A stretch of DNA of 64,000 nucleotides from Patescibacteria group bacterium UBA3531 (GTDB taxonomy: Bacteria; Patescibacteriota; Minisyncoccia; Phycocordibacterales; UBA3531), in assembly GCA_002376885.1 (NCBI GenBank), contig DFOW01000001.1:143741-207740 (forward strand), written 5' to 3'. Both the position numbers and the translations under genes were made by a program. This document shows positions 38,323 through 48,647 of this stretch, piece by piece (the first letter of the stretch is position 1; each line of letters starts with the position of its first letter). The notes under the pieces are model-generated. The model was not told where the DNA came from and searched no databases. It saw only the letters and a program-made list of their open reading frames with translations.

Positions 38323-38505
38323 ATTTGTACAATTAATTGTACAAATAATTCTGTATTGTTACGCAGCATGTTACGTAACACCTTACGTAAATAAAAACTT
38401 CCCAAGAAACCACATTTGGAAATGGTACCCTCCTGTCGGGCACGTTTGGAACTTTGGATTGGAGTAGAATAAGGTGAGATTTGATGGAGTTCGGATTTGT
38501 ATAGC

Positions 38506-38778
38506 CTAGAGTGTATTAAAAAGATATACGATTATAGCAAAGCCAACCACAACGATTAGGGCGTAAAATGATTTTTTATTTAAGAACGTGTCGCCATCAT
38601 CTATAAATTTGCCGACAAAGTAAAAGAGGAGAAGGGTTATTATAGGGAAAATTTGTTGTTCAGCTTGTAGAATAAAAATATTATCTGTTGGTGGATAATC
38701 AGTAAGGATGCGTGTGTACAGCAAATAAAGCACATACAGAATTCCCCAAATAATTATTCCTAGATATTGCTTTTTCAT
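38506..38778 (-). CDS. small hypothetical membrane protein (2-3 TM)
   Basis: 90 aa, hydrophobic; no family recognised. Confidence 0.35.
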   Translation of the reverse strand: MKKQYLGIIIWGILYVLYLLYTRILTDYPPTDNIFILQAEQQIFPIITLLLFYFVGKFIDDGDTFLNKKSFYALIVVVGFAIIVYLFNTL

Positions 38779-38849
38779 AATAAAAGTATATCAAAAGTTC
38801 TATATCCTTTTGTTGGGATATCGAAATTTAATGTGAATAAATAAGGCTC

Positions 38850-39075
38850 AAAAATTTGCCCCCAGAAACACGGTTTGAAATTCTACCATGGGAATATTTC
38901 TTATCCTAGCACGACTTTTGAAAGGACTCTCGGAAATAAAGTTCCCCAGGGAAGTATGTTTGAGAGCGTCCGCAGGCGATACTGCTTGGTTTTGCCGTAG
39001 GCAAAAGTATCGCCGAGGATAGAGCGAGTCTCCGCTGGAGAGACGAGCGTCTGCCCAAATGTGGTTTCTTAAAGC
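38850..39075. ncRNA. candidate structured RNA upstream of rpsA promoter (identity and strand unresolved)
   Basis: Moderate-GC segment with nested long-range pairings (GGGAATATTTC/GAAATAAAGTTCCC; GGCGATACT/AGTATCGCC with inner TTTTGCC-GTAG-GGCAAAA); RNase P and tmRNA motifs not found. Confidence 0.2.
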
Positions 39076-39080
39076 TCCAC

Positions 39081-39109
39081 TTGCCAAAAAACGAGTTAAA
39101 CACTATACT
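39081..39109 (+). promoter_or_regulatory. promoter TTGCCA-17-TATACT for rpsA (about 125-nt leader with perfect 10-bp hairpin ACACAAGAAC/GTTCTTGTGT)
   Basis: TTGCCA 39081-39086, TATACT 39104-39109. Confidence 0.55.
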
Positions 39110-39234
39110 ACACCAGTCCCGTTTTTTCATTTCTAAGCGATGAAAGAACGTCTTTTTTTATTAGCGACGTAGTGTGAGAGACACAAGAACAAGTTCTTGT
39201 GTACGAACCGAGGAGCTAATATACCAAAACGTAT

Positions 39235-40362
39235 ATGTTAATGACCGAAGAAAAACCAGAAACAATCAAAGATACTGAAAAAGTTGATTCCCTTCCCGGA
39301 GAAAAGGGTGTTATGGACACTGTAGTTGCAAAAACTCCCTTCCCTCCAAGCACTGGAGACATTGTTGAGGGTGTCGTAATTGCAAAAGAAGGAACAGCGG
39401 CCTACATTGATCTTGGTATTTTTGGTGTTGGAATCATTTACGGACGAGAATACTTGAATGCCCGAGACATTATTAAAAAGACTCAAATTGGAGACTCGAT
39501 TGCCGCAAAAGTAGTTGATGCAGAAAATGAAGGTGGTTACGTAGAGCTTTCACTCCGCGAGGCAAAGCAAGCAGCATTCTGGAACGAAGCAGAGGCAGCT
39601 ATCAAAACCAAAACTCCTTACGAACTTGTTGTCCGCGACGCAAACAAAGGAGGACTCATGCTTGAATGGAAGGGTCTTACTGGTTTCTTGCCAGCAAGTC
39701 AGCTTAAGCCAGAACACTACCCACGAGTAGAAGACGGAGACAAAGATAAAATTGCTCTTGAACTTAAAAAACTTATTGGAGAAAAACTTGAAGTGTCGGT
39801 TATTGCTGCAGACGCAGAAGAAAACAAACTTATCTTTTCAGAAAAGCCAGCATCGAGTCCTGAACGAGAAAAGATCGTTTCAAAATACGAAGTTGGTGAT
39901 GTAGTAGAAGGAGAAGTTACAGGCGGCGTAGACTTTGGAATCTTTGTAAAAATTGAAGAGGGGCTCGAAGGACTTATTCATATTTCAGAAATTGACTGGG
40001 CACTTGTAGAGAATCCAAAAGAACTTTACCCACAAGGAACAAAAGTACAAGCAAAGATTATTGAAATTAAAGACGACAAAATTTCTCTTTCAATCAAGGC
40101 ACTTAAAGAAAACCCCTGGAAGAAAGTTGAAGAGAAATATAAAAAGGGCGACACCGTACAAGGAGTGGTTATCAAATTTAACCGATACGGAGCACTCATT
40201 AGTATCGAAGAAGGTGTTGCAGGACTCATTCATGTAAGCGAGTTCGAAAATTCAAGCGACAAGCTCCAAGAAGCGCTTGAATTAGGAAAAACCTACGATT
40301 TTGAAATCACCCTCTTTGAACCAAACGAACAAAAAATGACTTTGGTTCTTGCGAAGAAATAA
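39235..40362 (+). CDS. rpsA: 30S ribosomal protein S1 (four S1 domains)
   Basis: Repeated S1 OB-fold modules (GDIVEGVV...; GEKLEVSVI...; GDVVEGEV...; GDTVQGVV...). Confidence 0.85.
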   Translation: MLMTEEKPETIKDTEKVDSLPGEKGVMDTVVAKTPFPPSTGDIVEGVVIAKEGTAAYIDLGIFGVGIIYGREYLNARDIIKKTQIGDSIAAKVVDAENEGGYVELSLREAKQAAFWNEAEAAIKTKTPYELVVRDANKGGLMLEWKGLTGFLPASQLKPEHYPRVEDGDKDKIALELKKLIGEKLEVSVIAADAEENKLIFSEKPASSPEREKIVSKYEVGDVVEGEVTGGVDFGIFVKIEEGLEGLIHISEIDWALVENPKELYPQGTKVQAKIIEIKDDKISLSIKALKENPWKKVEEKYKKGDTVQGVVIKFNRYGALISIEEGVAGLIHVSEFENSSDKLQEALELGKTYDFEITLFEPNEQKMTLVLAKK

Positions 40363-40370
40363 AAACAAAG

Positions 40371-40400
40371 AAAAACCCCGGTACACACCGGGATTTTTCT
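40371..40400. terminator. bidirectional intrinsic terminator AAAAACCCCGG-tacaca-CCGGGATTTTT
   Basis: Between convergent rpsA and 40414..40965. Confidence 0.65.
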
Positions 40401-40413
40401 TTAACATCCAAAA

Positions 40414-40965
40414 TTAAACCTTTACTGTTAATTTGGACCACTTTGCTTTCCATTTCTTAGTCCTCACTCTTTCTTTCACTATTTCTACCGCATTAGGATT
40501 AGGAAACTTAGGGCTTATCCTTACAACTAAATCCACTAAATCTTCTATTCCGTGAGGTGCTATTAATTTTAAGTCTCCATTTTCTAACCTCACTCCTATG
40601 CCTGTCGCAGTTTCTGGCCACTGAGAAATTGCATCTTCCACTGATGAATAAGGGGGTATTTTGTTCCATACATGCGCATACACCTCATTTACGACTTCCC
40701 ATTGGATATTTGTTTCCCTTATCAACTTTTGTGACAATTCCTCATCAGCTTTTTCATCATTTCCGTCAGGATCGTAATAGACTAAATCAATGTCAGGAGT
40801 GTTGACTTCTTTTTTATTATATCCATGTAAATAATCCCAAACCTTGTTTCTTACAAAACCTGCTCCAATGACCCAGTTGGGTAAATTCAATTTTTCAGCA
40901 ATATGTAAAACATCCATCATCCATTTGTCTTCACGAATTAGATTAAGGATATCTTTTTCTGTCAT
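40414..40965 (-). CDS. nucleotidyltransferase-family protein (NTP_transf_6-like)
   Basis: VIGAGFVRNKVWDYLHG...DIDLVYYD motif. Confidence 0.5.
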   Translation of the reverse strand: MTEKDILNLIREDKWMMDVLHIAEKLNLPNWVIGAGFVRNKVWDYLHGYNKKEVNTPDIDLVYYDPDGNDEKADEELSQKLIRETNIQWEVVNEVYAHVWNKIPPYSSVEDAISQWPETATGIGVRLENGDLKLIAPHGIEDLVDLVVRISPKFPNPNAVEIVKERVRTKKWKAKWSKLTVKV

Positions 40966-41547
40966 CTACTTCTTCGGAGGCTTAGTCTTTCCCGTCACAA
41001 TATCTTCAATTCGTTCAAAAACTTCTGGGAAAATTTCTTTTTCTAAAAGTTCTTTATCTTTTTTTGAGAATGTTTTTAGAACGTGATCTTTTACTTTGCC
41101 GTGGTCATTAATCTTCCGAATCTTTCCACTTGCTGTTTTTGGGGAGATTCCCACACGCACTCGCCAAAAGTTTTTTGTTTTTAAATTTTTTATAAGTGAT
41201 TCAACTCCTTTGTGTCCTCCAGAACCCCGTCCGTACGAAACTTTAAAACTCCCCATCGGTAAATCTAGGTCATCGTGAACCACAATCGCACGTTTAGGGA
41301 CACCCGCTTTAATTGCAGGACCACCAGAGCGCCCAGAAGTATTCATAAACTCTTCAAGTTTAATAAGGTTTACAGAAACATCTGCAATCTCCCCTTTTGC
41401 TGTTTCTGTTTTTTTATTTTTGTACGCTTTCCAATCAGAAAATTCGTATTCACGAGCAATTACATCAACAATCATACGCCCCACACTGTGACGCGTTTCT
41501 TCGTACTCTTCCCCTGGATTTCCGAGCGCTAAAATATAAAATGGCAT
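40966..41547 (-). CDS. pth: peptidyl-tRNA hydrolase
   Basis: MPFYILALGNPGEEYEETRHSVG...HNG..S Pth signature. Confidence 0.85.
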   Translation of the reverse strand: MPFYILALGNPGEEYEETRHSVGRMIVDVIAREYEFSDWKAYKNKKTETAKGEIADVSVNLIKLEEFMNTSGRSGGPAIKAGVPKRAIVVHDDLDLPMGSFKVSYGRGSGGHKGVESLIKNLKTKNFWRVRVGISPKTASGKIRKINDHGKVKDHVLKTFSKKDKELLEKEIFPEVFERIEDIVTGKTKPPKK

Positions 41548-41637
41548 GTTGTACTAACTCTAATCGTAAAGTTGCATAGGGTCAATTTTTATACTACTAT
41601 ACCCCCAACGTGCCCCGTTAGAAGTCCTACAAAACCT

Positions 41638-42294
41638 ATGCATGATTCATTCAAAAAAAAGAAATCATTACACTACATGAACGAACAAAAAACAGACGAC
41701 GTAAGACTTTCTAATGGGGTGAATGACGTTCCGGTGGAAATCGATCCACAAAAAAGCGTAGAAAAACAAGATGATGCCGGAGGATTTTTAAAAGTCTTTC
41801 TTATCACGGTCTCCATTGCGCTTGTTATACGAATTTTTATTGCTCAACCGTTTGTAGTAAACGGCGAGTCCATGGTTCCCACCTTTGAGAACGGTGATTA
41901 TTTAATTGTTGACGAACTCTCATACCATTTACGAGAGCCCGTGCGTGGTGAAGTAGTCGTGTTCCGATTCCCTCAAAACCCTTCAAAGTTTTTTATTAAA
42001 CGAATTGTAGGATTGCCTGGAGAAACACTCGAAATTAAAAATAACTCTGTGTTTATAACCCGCAATGACGTACGCGTAGAACTTAACGAAAACTTTTTAG
42101 AACCTTACTCAACACGCGACAGAATTATTACGTTAGATGAAGGAGAATATTTTGTGATGGGCGACAACCGAGAGCAAAGTAGCGATTCCAGAACCTGGGG
42201 CCCTGTGACCAAAGACCTTTTAATTGGCCGAGCATTTTTTAGATTTTTACCAATAACCCAAATAGATGTCCTCCCCGGAGAATTTCTTTATTAG
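41638..42294 (+). CDS. lepB: signal peptidase I
   Basis: TM then GESMVPTF..GD (Ser box), KRIVGLPGE (Lys box), GDNREQSSDSRTWG; start set to internal ATG to leave room for divergent promoters. Confidence 0.8.
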   Translation: MHDSFKKKKSLHYMNEQKTDDVRLSNGVNDVPVEIDPQKSVEKQDDAGGFLKVFLITVSIALVIRIFIAQPFVVNGESMVPTFENGDYLIVDELSYHLREPVRGEVVVFRFPQNPSKFFIKRIVGLPGETLEIKNNSVFITRNDVRVELNENFLEPYSTRDRIITLDEGEYFVMGDNREQSSDSRTWGPVTKDLLIGRAFFRFLPITQIDVLPGEFLY

Positions 42295-42315
42295 TCACAG
42301 GATTAATACACAACC

Positions 42316-43644
42316 ATGCCAGCAAAAAAACCAGACAATAGTATAAAGACACCAAAAGGAATGCGAGACTTGCTAGGAGAAGAATATTTTACCTATCAAG
42401 GATTTTTTGAAAAAGCAGCAGAGATTGCTCTTTATTACGGATTCAAACCAATTGAGACTCCTATTATGGAGCGCGAAGAACTGTTCCACAGTGTTGGCGA
42501 GCACACAGACGTGGTTACCAAAGAAATGTATGCACTCAAAGCAAAAGGTTCAAACAAGTTTGCTTTGCGTCCAGAAGGAACCGCCCCTGTAATGCGTGCC
42601 TATATAGAACACGGCATGCAAACCTGGCCACAACCAGTCATGCTGTATTACGGTGGACGATTTTTCCGTCACGACAATCCTCAACGAGGACGCTTTAGAG
42701 AATTCCGACAATTTGGACTCGAAGTTATTGGTACCGACAAAAGCATTGCCGATGCCATGACCATTAAAGTAATGGCAACAGTACTAGAAGAAGTCGGGAT
42801 TGAAAACATTGTAGTAGACATTAACAGCTTAGGAGACAAAGAATGTCGAACCGCCTACAAGCGAGCCCTTGTTAATTACTTTAAAAAGCACTCTGGCAAA
42901 TTAAATGCACACGAAAAAGATTTACTAAAGAACAATCCACTTCGTCTTTTGGATTCAAAAAATCCAGAACTTGAGAAACTTAAGGAAGACGCACCAACAT
43001 CAATGGAATTTTTGACAGGTGAATCTAAAAAGCACTTTAAAGAAGTCCTTGAATATTTGGATGCACTCGATATTACGTATCAAATTAACAATACCTTGGT
43101 ACGAGGTCTTGATTATTACTCTCGAACCGTCTTTGAATTTATTGAACAACCAAAAGAGGCTCCAGAAGGAGAAGGTGGCGATAAAAAAGAAGAAGCAAGC
43201 GCTCCCCTCTCTCTCGGAGGCGGTGGACGATACAATTACCTTGGTAAGGCACTCGGAGCAAAACAAGATGTTCCGGGAGTGGGTGCCGCACTTGGCGTTG
43301 ATAGAATCCTTATGGATGAAAGCGTTAAAAACCTTACCCCACGAATTGTTAAAAAACCAAAAGTATACTTTATTCAACTTGGTTTTGAAGCAAAGCTAAA
43401 AAGCTTGGGTGTTATTGAGATCTTGCGTAAAGCACGACTCCCTATACGGCAATCGCTTTCAAAAGACGGACTCTCTGCACAGCTAGGCACCGCAGAGAAG
43501 TTGAGGATCCCATGGGTGGTGATCATGGGCCAAAAAGAGGTGCTTGAGAACTGCGTTATTGTACGCAACATGGAGGACCGATCTCAAACCAATGTCCCTA
43601 TTGAAGAACTCGCTGACTATATTAAAAAAGTCATTGCCAAATAA
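42316..43644 (+). CDS. hisS: histidyl-tRNA synthetase
   Basis: Class II motifs (FRHDNPQRGRFREF.Q, GGGRY), anticodon-binding C-domain. Confidence 0.9.
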   Translation: MPAKKPDNSIKTPKGMRDLLGEEYFTYQGFFEKAAEIALYYGFKPIETPIMEREELFHSVGEHTDVVTKEMYALKAKGSNKFALRPEGTAPVMRAYIEHGMQTWPQPVMLYYGGRFFRHDNPQRGRFREFRQFGLEVIGTDKSIADAMTIKVMATVLEEVGIENIVVDINSLGDKECRTAYKRALVNYFKKHSGKLNAHEKDLLKNNPLRLLDSKNPELEKLKEDAPTSMEFLTGESKKHFKEVLEYLDALDITYQINNTLVRGLDYYSRTVFEFIEQPKEAPEGEGGDKKEEASAPLSLGGGGRYNYLGKALGAKQDVPGVGAALGVDRILMDESVKNLTPRIVKKPKVYFIQLGFEAKLKSLGVIEILRKARLPIRQSLSKDGLSAQLGTAEKLRIPWVVIMGQKEVLENCVIVRNMEDRSQTNVPIEELADYIKKVIAK

Positions 43645-43665
43645 GGCTCCCTGTGGTATTCTCCT

Positions 43666-43917
43666 ATGGCTATGATTCAAATAGAAGTTACGAAAAATAA
43701 AACTGAATCGACTTCAAGCCTCGTAAGACGCTTTACGAAGAAGAGTAAAAACTCAGGCCTGGTTAAAAAGGCCAAGTCTCTTCGATTTAACGAACGAGCA
43801 AAATCAACCTTTGTAAAAAAGAAGGAGGCACTCAAAAAGCTAAAGAAGCAAAAAGAGATGGAACGTCTCTACAAGCTCGGAAAAGTGAGCAATGTTTACG
43901 GTAGAAAAACTCGTTAA
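43666..43917 (+). CDS. rpsU: 30S ribosomal protein S21
   Basis: IEVTKNKTESTSSLVRRFTKKSKNSGLV...basic tail, pattern of S21. Confidence 0.65.
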   Translation: MAMIQIEVTKNKTESTSSLVRRFTKKSKNSGLVKKAKSLRFNERAKSTFVKKKEALKKLKKQKEMERLYKLGKVSNVYGRKTR

Positions 43918-44272
43918 GAGTACTCGTCCTCGCGTACCGTTTGAGAAGATTAAGAATAGCGTTTTAGGAAGACGCTATTCTTTGAGTTTGGTTTTATGCG
44001 GCAATACCCTTACTCATAAATTCAATAAACAATACCGAAAAAAAGACAAGCCAACCAATGTCCTCTCGTTTCCTCTTGAGGAAAACGAAGGAGAAATTTT
44101 TCTCAACCTTCCCTTAATTAAAAAAGAAGCACAAGAACTTGATCAAACCGTAAGTGCTCGCACTGGATATTTGTTTATCCACGGATTACTTCATTTGAAA
44201 GGATACCAGCACGGTAGTACAATGGAGAAAGAAGAAGAAGCGCTTCTTCGTCGTTTTGGACTACGTCTTTAA
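43892..44272 (+). CDS. ybeY: rRNA maturation RNase YbeY
   Basis: H..HGLLHLKGYQH zinc-binding motif at C-terminus. Confidence 0.8.
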   Translation: MFTVEKLVKSTRPRVPFEKIKNSVLGRRYSLSLVLCGNTLTHKFNKQYRKKDKPTNVLSFPLEENEGEIFLNLPLIKKEAQELDQTVSARTGYLFIHGLLHLKGYQHGSTMEKEEEALLRRFGLRL

Positions 44273-44400
44273 TAACTTTACTCCTCGTTATATTTAGAGA
44301 CCTGTCCCGTGAGAAATTTACGAAACAGGCTTGAATGTTCTGTCCTTGAGACACCAAAACGAGTCCTAAAAACCTCTTTACTAAAATAATTTCTATTGGG

Positions 44401-45603
44401 ATGGCACGTAATATCGTTACCGGTATTGATTTGGGCGACTATGCAATTAAGATTGTGGTTGCCGAGCACGACAAAAGAGAGCCCTTGCCTCGTATTTTGG
44501 CGGTCGTAAAACGAGAGTCGGAAGGGTTTAGACGTGGCATTGTAACCGATAAAGAAGAAGCTACTCGGAGCGTTAGGCGCGCACTTATGGCTGCAGAAAA
44601 GGCTGTGGGGCAACGTATTAAAAAAGTATATCTCTCTGTTGGAGGAGCAGGGCTTTCGTCTCATATAACTGACGGGTCCGTTATGATTGCTGGTGGAGAC
44701 CAAGAAGTCTCTGATTTAGATATTAGACAAGCACTCGAGAACGCAGAGCAAAGAATCCCAAGCCGCTCAAACCTAACGATTCATTCAGTTTACCCTCTTG
44801 TTCATAAGTTAGATGGTGCGCGTATTCAAGGAACCCCCAAAGGAATGAAAGGTACCAAGCTTGAAGTGCAAGCGCTTTTTATAACAAGCATTTCCCAAAG
44901 CTTTGAAGAAATGATTTCTGCTGTTGAGAACGCTGGAGTTACAGTGCTTCAGGTTCATCCAGCACCTTTGGCAGCAAGTTTGGTTACCCTTTCAAAAACA
45001 CAACGAGTTGCAGGATGTGTTTTGGCAGATATTGGGGGCGAAACCACTACTATTGGGGTCTTTGAAGAAGGAAAGCCCTACTTAATAGAAAACATTGAAC
45101 TTGGGAGTCAAGATGTTACCAACGACCTAGCGCTTGGTCTTAAAATTGACCTTGAAGACGCCGAAAAGGTAAAGCGCGGTGCAGATTCGCACATGTTTGC
45201 GCAAAAAAAATTGATGGACATTATCGGTGCACGAATGTCTGACATCTTTGAATTGATTGAAAATGAACTTAAGACGATTGGACGGAATGAATTGTTACCT
45301 GCAGGAATTGTAATTGTCGGTGGCGGAGCGTACGTGCCACAAGTAGAAACACTCGCGACAGGGTCCCTCAACTTACCAGCACGAATCGCCTCCCCCCTGT
45401 ACCCTCACCATATAAAAATAGATGAACTCTCTGATAAAGAAGCTGCGTCTATTATTATAAAAGATCCATCATATGCTGTTGCCTATGGCTTAACCATTTT
45501 TGGAATGGACCCCGGAAAAGATGATAGAGCATGGGGCGGAGATTCGCTCGGTCGCGACACCTTCGGGAAAGCCGGCCAATGGTTCAAAAACTTCCTCCCG
45601 TAA
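44401..45603 (+). CDS. ftsA: cell division protein FtsA
   Basis: Actin-fold motifs IVTGIDLGDYAIKIVV..., DIGGETTTIGVF, VGGGA. Confidence 0.85.
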   Translation: MARNIVTGIDLGDYAIKIVVAEHDKREPLPRILAVVKRESEGFRRGIVTDKEEATRSVRRALMAAEKAVGQRIKKVYLSVGGAGLSSHITDGSVMIAGGDQEVSDLDIRQALENAEQRIPSRSNLTIHSVYPLVHKLDGARIQGTPKGMKGTKLEVQALFITSISQSFEEMISAVENAGVTVLQVHPAPLAASLVTLSKTQRVAGCVLADIGGETTTIGVFEEGKPYLIENIELGSQDVTNDLALGLKIDLEDAEKVKRGADSHMFAQKKLMDIIGARMSDIFELIENELKTIGRNELLPAGIVIVGGGAYVPQVETLATGSLNLPARIASPLYPHHIKIDELSDKEAASIIIKDPSYAVAYGLTIFGMDPGKDDRAWGGDSLGRDTFGKAGQWFKNFLP

Positions 45604-45645
45604 ATGTCTTATGTATCTTTTCTCTAAGTTGGTTATACTTCTGAT

Positions 45646-45852
45646 ATGAAAATTTTTGACATTAAGCCAAGTAACTTGTTAGTGCTTTGGATTGCTTTGT
45701 TCATTATTAACATAGTTTTAGTTTTTCAATCAGGAATACTTTCGGCAAAAATAGAATGGTATGTCTATTTGATAGCACCCCTCTATGTACTACTAATCTT
45801 ATACAGCGTGATATATATCATTTATCATATTTTACGAAACAGAAAGAAATAA
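45646..45852 (+). CDS. small membrane protein between ftsA and ftsZ
   Basis: 68 aa, two hydrophobic helices. Confidence 0.3.
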   Translation: MKIFDIKPSNLLVLWIALFIINIVLVFQSGILSAKIEWYVYLIAPLYVLLILYSVIYIIYHILRNRKK

Positions 45853-46002
45853 CATCATTCAACACCTTTCAACGGAAGACCCTCCTTAAAAAGACAAAAA
45901 TCCCTAAAAAGTCATTTACTTGCCAGATATATTCTATCTGGTAATCTATAGGTCACATTGTCCTGTCTGCCGACAGGCAGGAAGGTAAATACGAGCAATG
46001 AT

Positions 46003-47262
46003 ATGCCAAAAATAGACCCAGAAATCGAGACATTTGCTAGAATCCGCGTCGTTGGTGTGGGTGGATCTGGTAACAATGCGGTGGCCCACATGGTCAACCA
46101 GAAGGTTAAGGGGGTTGAATTTATTGCTGTAAATACCGACGCTCAAGCGCTCCACCATGGAAGCGCCTCAAAAAAGATCCATATTGGAAAGACCCTTACT
46201 CGAGGACTCGGCACGGGAATGAATCCAGAGATTGGAAAGCGTGCTGCTGAAGAAACTATTGAAGAAATCCAACAAGCCGTAAAAGGTGCAGACATGATTT
46301 TTGTTACCTGCGGACTGGGAGGAGGAACCGGAACAGGGGCTGCTCCTGTTGTTGCGCGCGTTGCAAAAGAACAAGGAATTTTGACGGTTGGAGTCGTTAC
46401 CAAGCCGTTCTTCTTTGAAGGAAACCAACGAATGCGACTTGCAGAAGAAGGACTTGAAGAATTAAAAAAAGACGTTGACGCACTTATCGTGATTCCAAAC
46501 GACAGACTCTTGGGAGTTGTCGACAAGGACACTTCGTTTGCAAATGCCTTTGCAATGTGTGACGAAATATTAAAACAAGCGGTTCAAGGAATCTCTGACC
46601 TTATTACCACTCCTGGAATTATTAACCTGGACTTCGCAGACATCCGAAGCGTTATGGAAAACGCAGGAAGCGCACTTATGGGAATCGGTTTGGCAACAGG
46701 AGAAAAGCGAGCAGAAGAAGCTGCAACTCTTGCCATTAACTCTCCCCTCCTTGATATCTCAATCGAAGGCGCACAAGGAGTACTCTTTGCAATTGCTGGA
46801 GGAGACGACCTTACCATGCTTGAAATCCAAGACGCAGCTAAAGTTATTACCGAATCTATCGACAAAGATGCAAAAGTTATCTTTGGTGCCATTAATGACG
46901 AAAAACTTAAAAAGAACCAGGTTAAAGTTACGGTTATTGCAACCGGCTTCCCTGACGGAGCTTTTAAAAAATCACTCTTTGGAGATGATTCCGGAAAACC
47001 TCCACAAACAAGCTCATTTAGCTTCTTAGGCAAAGGAGACGAGGAGAAAAAGCCAGAACCTAAAAAAGAAGAAGAGAAGCCCAAGAAAGTAGAGAAAAAG
47101 GAAATTAAAAAAGAGACACCAAAGGGAGCAATCTACAATGAGCTTAGCGAGTCAAACGTTAAAAAAGTAGACCTCACGAAAACGGGAGATGATAAGAAGG
47201 ACGACAAAAAAGAGGAAGACGACTGGTCTTCAATCCCCGCCTTCTTAAGAAGGAAGAAGTAA
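46003..47262 (+). CDS. ftsZ: cell division protein FtsZ
   Basis: [10 protein letters not shown], tubulin signature [13 protein letters not shown], Lys/Glu-rich C-tail; start at internal ATG. Confidence 0.9.
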   Translation: MPKIDPEIETFARIRVVGVGGSGNNAVAHMVNQKVKGVEFIAVNTDAQALHHGSASKKIHIGKTLTRGLGTGMNPEIGKRAAEETIEEIQQAVKGADMIFVTCGLGGGTGTGAAPVVARVAKEQGILTVGVVTKPFFFEGNQRMRLAEEGLEELKKDVDALIVIPNDRLLGVVDKDTSFANAFAMCDEILKQAVQGISDLITTPGIINLDFADIRSVMENAGSALMGIGLATGEKRAEEAATLAINSPLLDISIEGAQGVLFAIAGGDDLTMLEIQDAAKVITESIDKDAKVIFGAINDEKLKKNQVKVTVIATGFPDGAFKKSLFGDDSGKPPQTSSFSFLGKGDEEKKPEPKKEEEKPKKVEKKEIKKETPKGAIYNELSESNVKKVDLTKTGDDKKDDKKEEDDWSSIPAFLRRKK

Positions 47263-47269
47263 GCATAAG

Positions 47270-47312
47270 AAAACCACCCAAGAGGACTGGAACCTTTTTT
47301 GGGTGGCCTTAA
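47270..47312. terminator. bidirectional terminator CCACCCAA...TTGGGTGG with T-runs on both strands
   Basis: After ftsZ stop and after minus-strand cassette F gene. Confidence 0.6.
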
Positions 47313-47902
47313 GTGTGTCGAGTGATGTAGATCACGCGACGACACCCAATTACGAACTCTTTTTGGAGGAGGTCTAGGAGTTCTGGATAGTTTCTCCTTT
47401 CTCTAAGCCATGCGTACGAGAAGGCGTCACACACTCTTTCACATTCCCTGTATTCCTCACCGAACATTCCCGACAGAACATCCTGCAGATCTTCGCTCAC
47501 GCCCCTTACGAGTGAAAAGACGTGGGCTAGTTCGTGGCCGACACCAACAATCCATTCCTCGAGCGTCTCGTGCGCAGCGAGCACAATGTGAAGAGGAGGA
47601 GTGCCCAGAGCAATACTTGCCCCAGGTCTCCACGAAACTTCCCAGGGTGTTTCTCCTGGAATGTCATCAAATCGTGTCACCGTAATTGACTCTATATGAA
47701 ATGCCTCGAGTTGTTCTGTCACAGTTCCCGGAGGAATCATGGCAAGCATCTCTTCAACGAATCGATTATGATTCCCCACAATTCCTCCTTTCGAAGAACA
47801 ATTTATCCTAGTATACACTATGCGGAACATCATACGAAAAAGTTGGAACCGCCTTGAGGAGTATGTATTTGAGTCTTTTGAACTTCTCCAAAACAAAAAC
47901 AA
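47309..47902 (-). CDS. G+C-rich HExxH-motif protein, putative ImmA/IrrE-like zinc metallopeptidase (cassette F); alternative start 47749
   Basis: IVGVGHELAHVFSLV motif; GC3-rich; N-terminal 51 residues may be non-coding. Confidence 0.4.
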   Translation of the reverse strand: MFLFWRSSKDSNTYSSRRFQLFRMMFRIVYTRINCSSKGGIVGNHNRFVEEMLAMIPPGTVTEQLEAFHIESITVTRFDDIPGETPWEVSWRPGASIALGTPPLHIVLAAHETLEEWIVGVGHELAHVFSLVRGVSEDLQDVLSGMFGEEYRECERVCDAFSYAWLRERRNYPELLDLLQKEFVIGCRRVIYITRHT

Positions 47903-48037
47903 CCCTGATTTCTCAAGGAAATTGAGTGGGTAGTGGTCACATGGTGTTAGTAGAACATATACACAAAAGAGAACACCCCGCCGAGAGCCTGCGAGGGTTC
48001 TCGGCGGGGTGATGAAGTATCGCTTTTGGGTCAGTAG

Positions 48038-48373
48038 CTAGCTAGACCAGGTCTCCATCCCGACCAGCACAGAAATGATGGTCAGGACAATGAAGATGGG
48101 AATTCCGACTGCTCGCCCAAACCTTGCGTAAAGGTAGAGCGTGATGGAGTTGCGAATGACACCCTCGGGGTCGTGCTTGCGAAAGCAGAAGTTGGCGAAC
48201 ACCGACAGGGGGCACCACAGAAAGATGACTTGACCAATTACGGTCAACAGGATTGCCAACCTTGTGATGTGATTCGGCAACCACAGCTCTCCGAAGATGA
48301 GAACTGCAACAATGAAGACTGCGTGGAATGCCTCAGTTGCGATACCGAGGCAGAGCCATCCTTTTTTGGACAT
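48038..48373 (-). CDS. G+C-rich small membrane protein (cassette F)
   Basis: Track ORF 48038..48541 trimmed because its 5' end runs through tRNA-Ser; start at MSKKGW; 3 TM. Confidence 0.4.
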   Translation of the reverse strand: MSKKGWLCLGIATEAFHAVFIVAVLIFGELWLPNHITRLAILLTVIGQVIFLWCPLSVFANFCFRKHDPEGVIRNSITLYLYARFGRAVGIPIFIVLTIISVLVGMETWSS

Positions 48374-48468
48374 TACTTTACCTCGGTTGGGGGAACTACA
48401 AGACGAAGGATTTCGTCCTGTCTTAACCACAAATAGCCTACCACAAGATAGGCTATTTGTCAATACTA

Positions 48469-48555
48469 TGGAGAGGGTGGGATTTGAACCCACGTGAGGA
48501 TTGCTCCTCCGATCGATTTCGAGTCGACGCCGTTTAACCACTCCGGCACCTCTCC
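48469..48555 (-). tRNA. tRNA-Ser (anticodon CGA), long variable arm
   Basis: Acceptor GGAGAGG/CCTCTCC, D-loop GTGGTTAAAC, anticodon loop CTCGAAA, variable hairpin, T-arm GTGGGTTCAAATCCCAC. Confidence 0.8.
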
Positions 48556-48647
48556 AGTAGCTTTGTAATGCTAGCAGAATTTACTTTGGCAAACAAAGGT
48601 GGTATAGTATTTCCGAAATCAGCGAATGCTGATTTTTTTAAACCAAT

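Noticed and set aside
38850-39075. RNase P RNA upstream of rpsA
   Set aside because: P4 consensus not present; the real rnpB was found at 59712..60050.
48374-48541. 5' extension of track ORF 48038..48541
   Set aside because: Runs straight through the tRNA-Ser gene; trimmed to the internal ATG.
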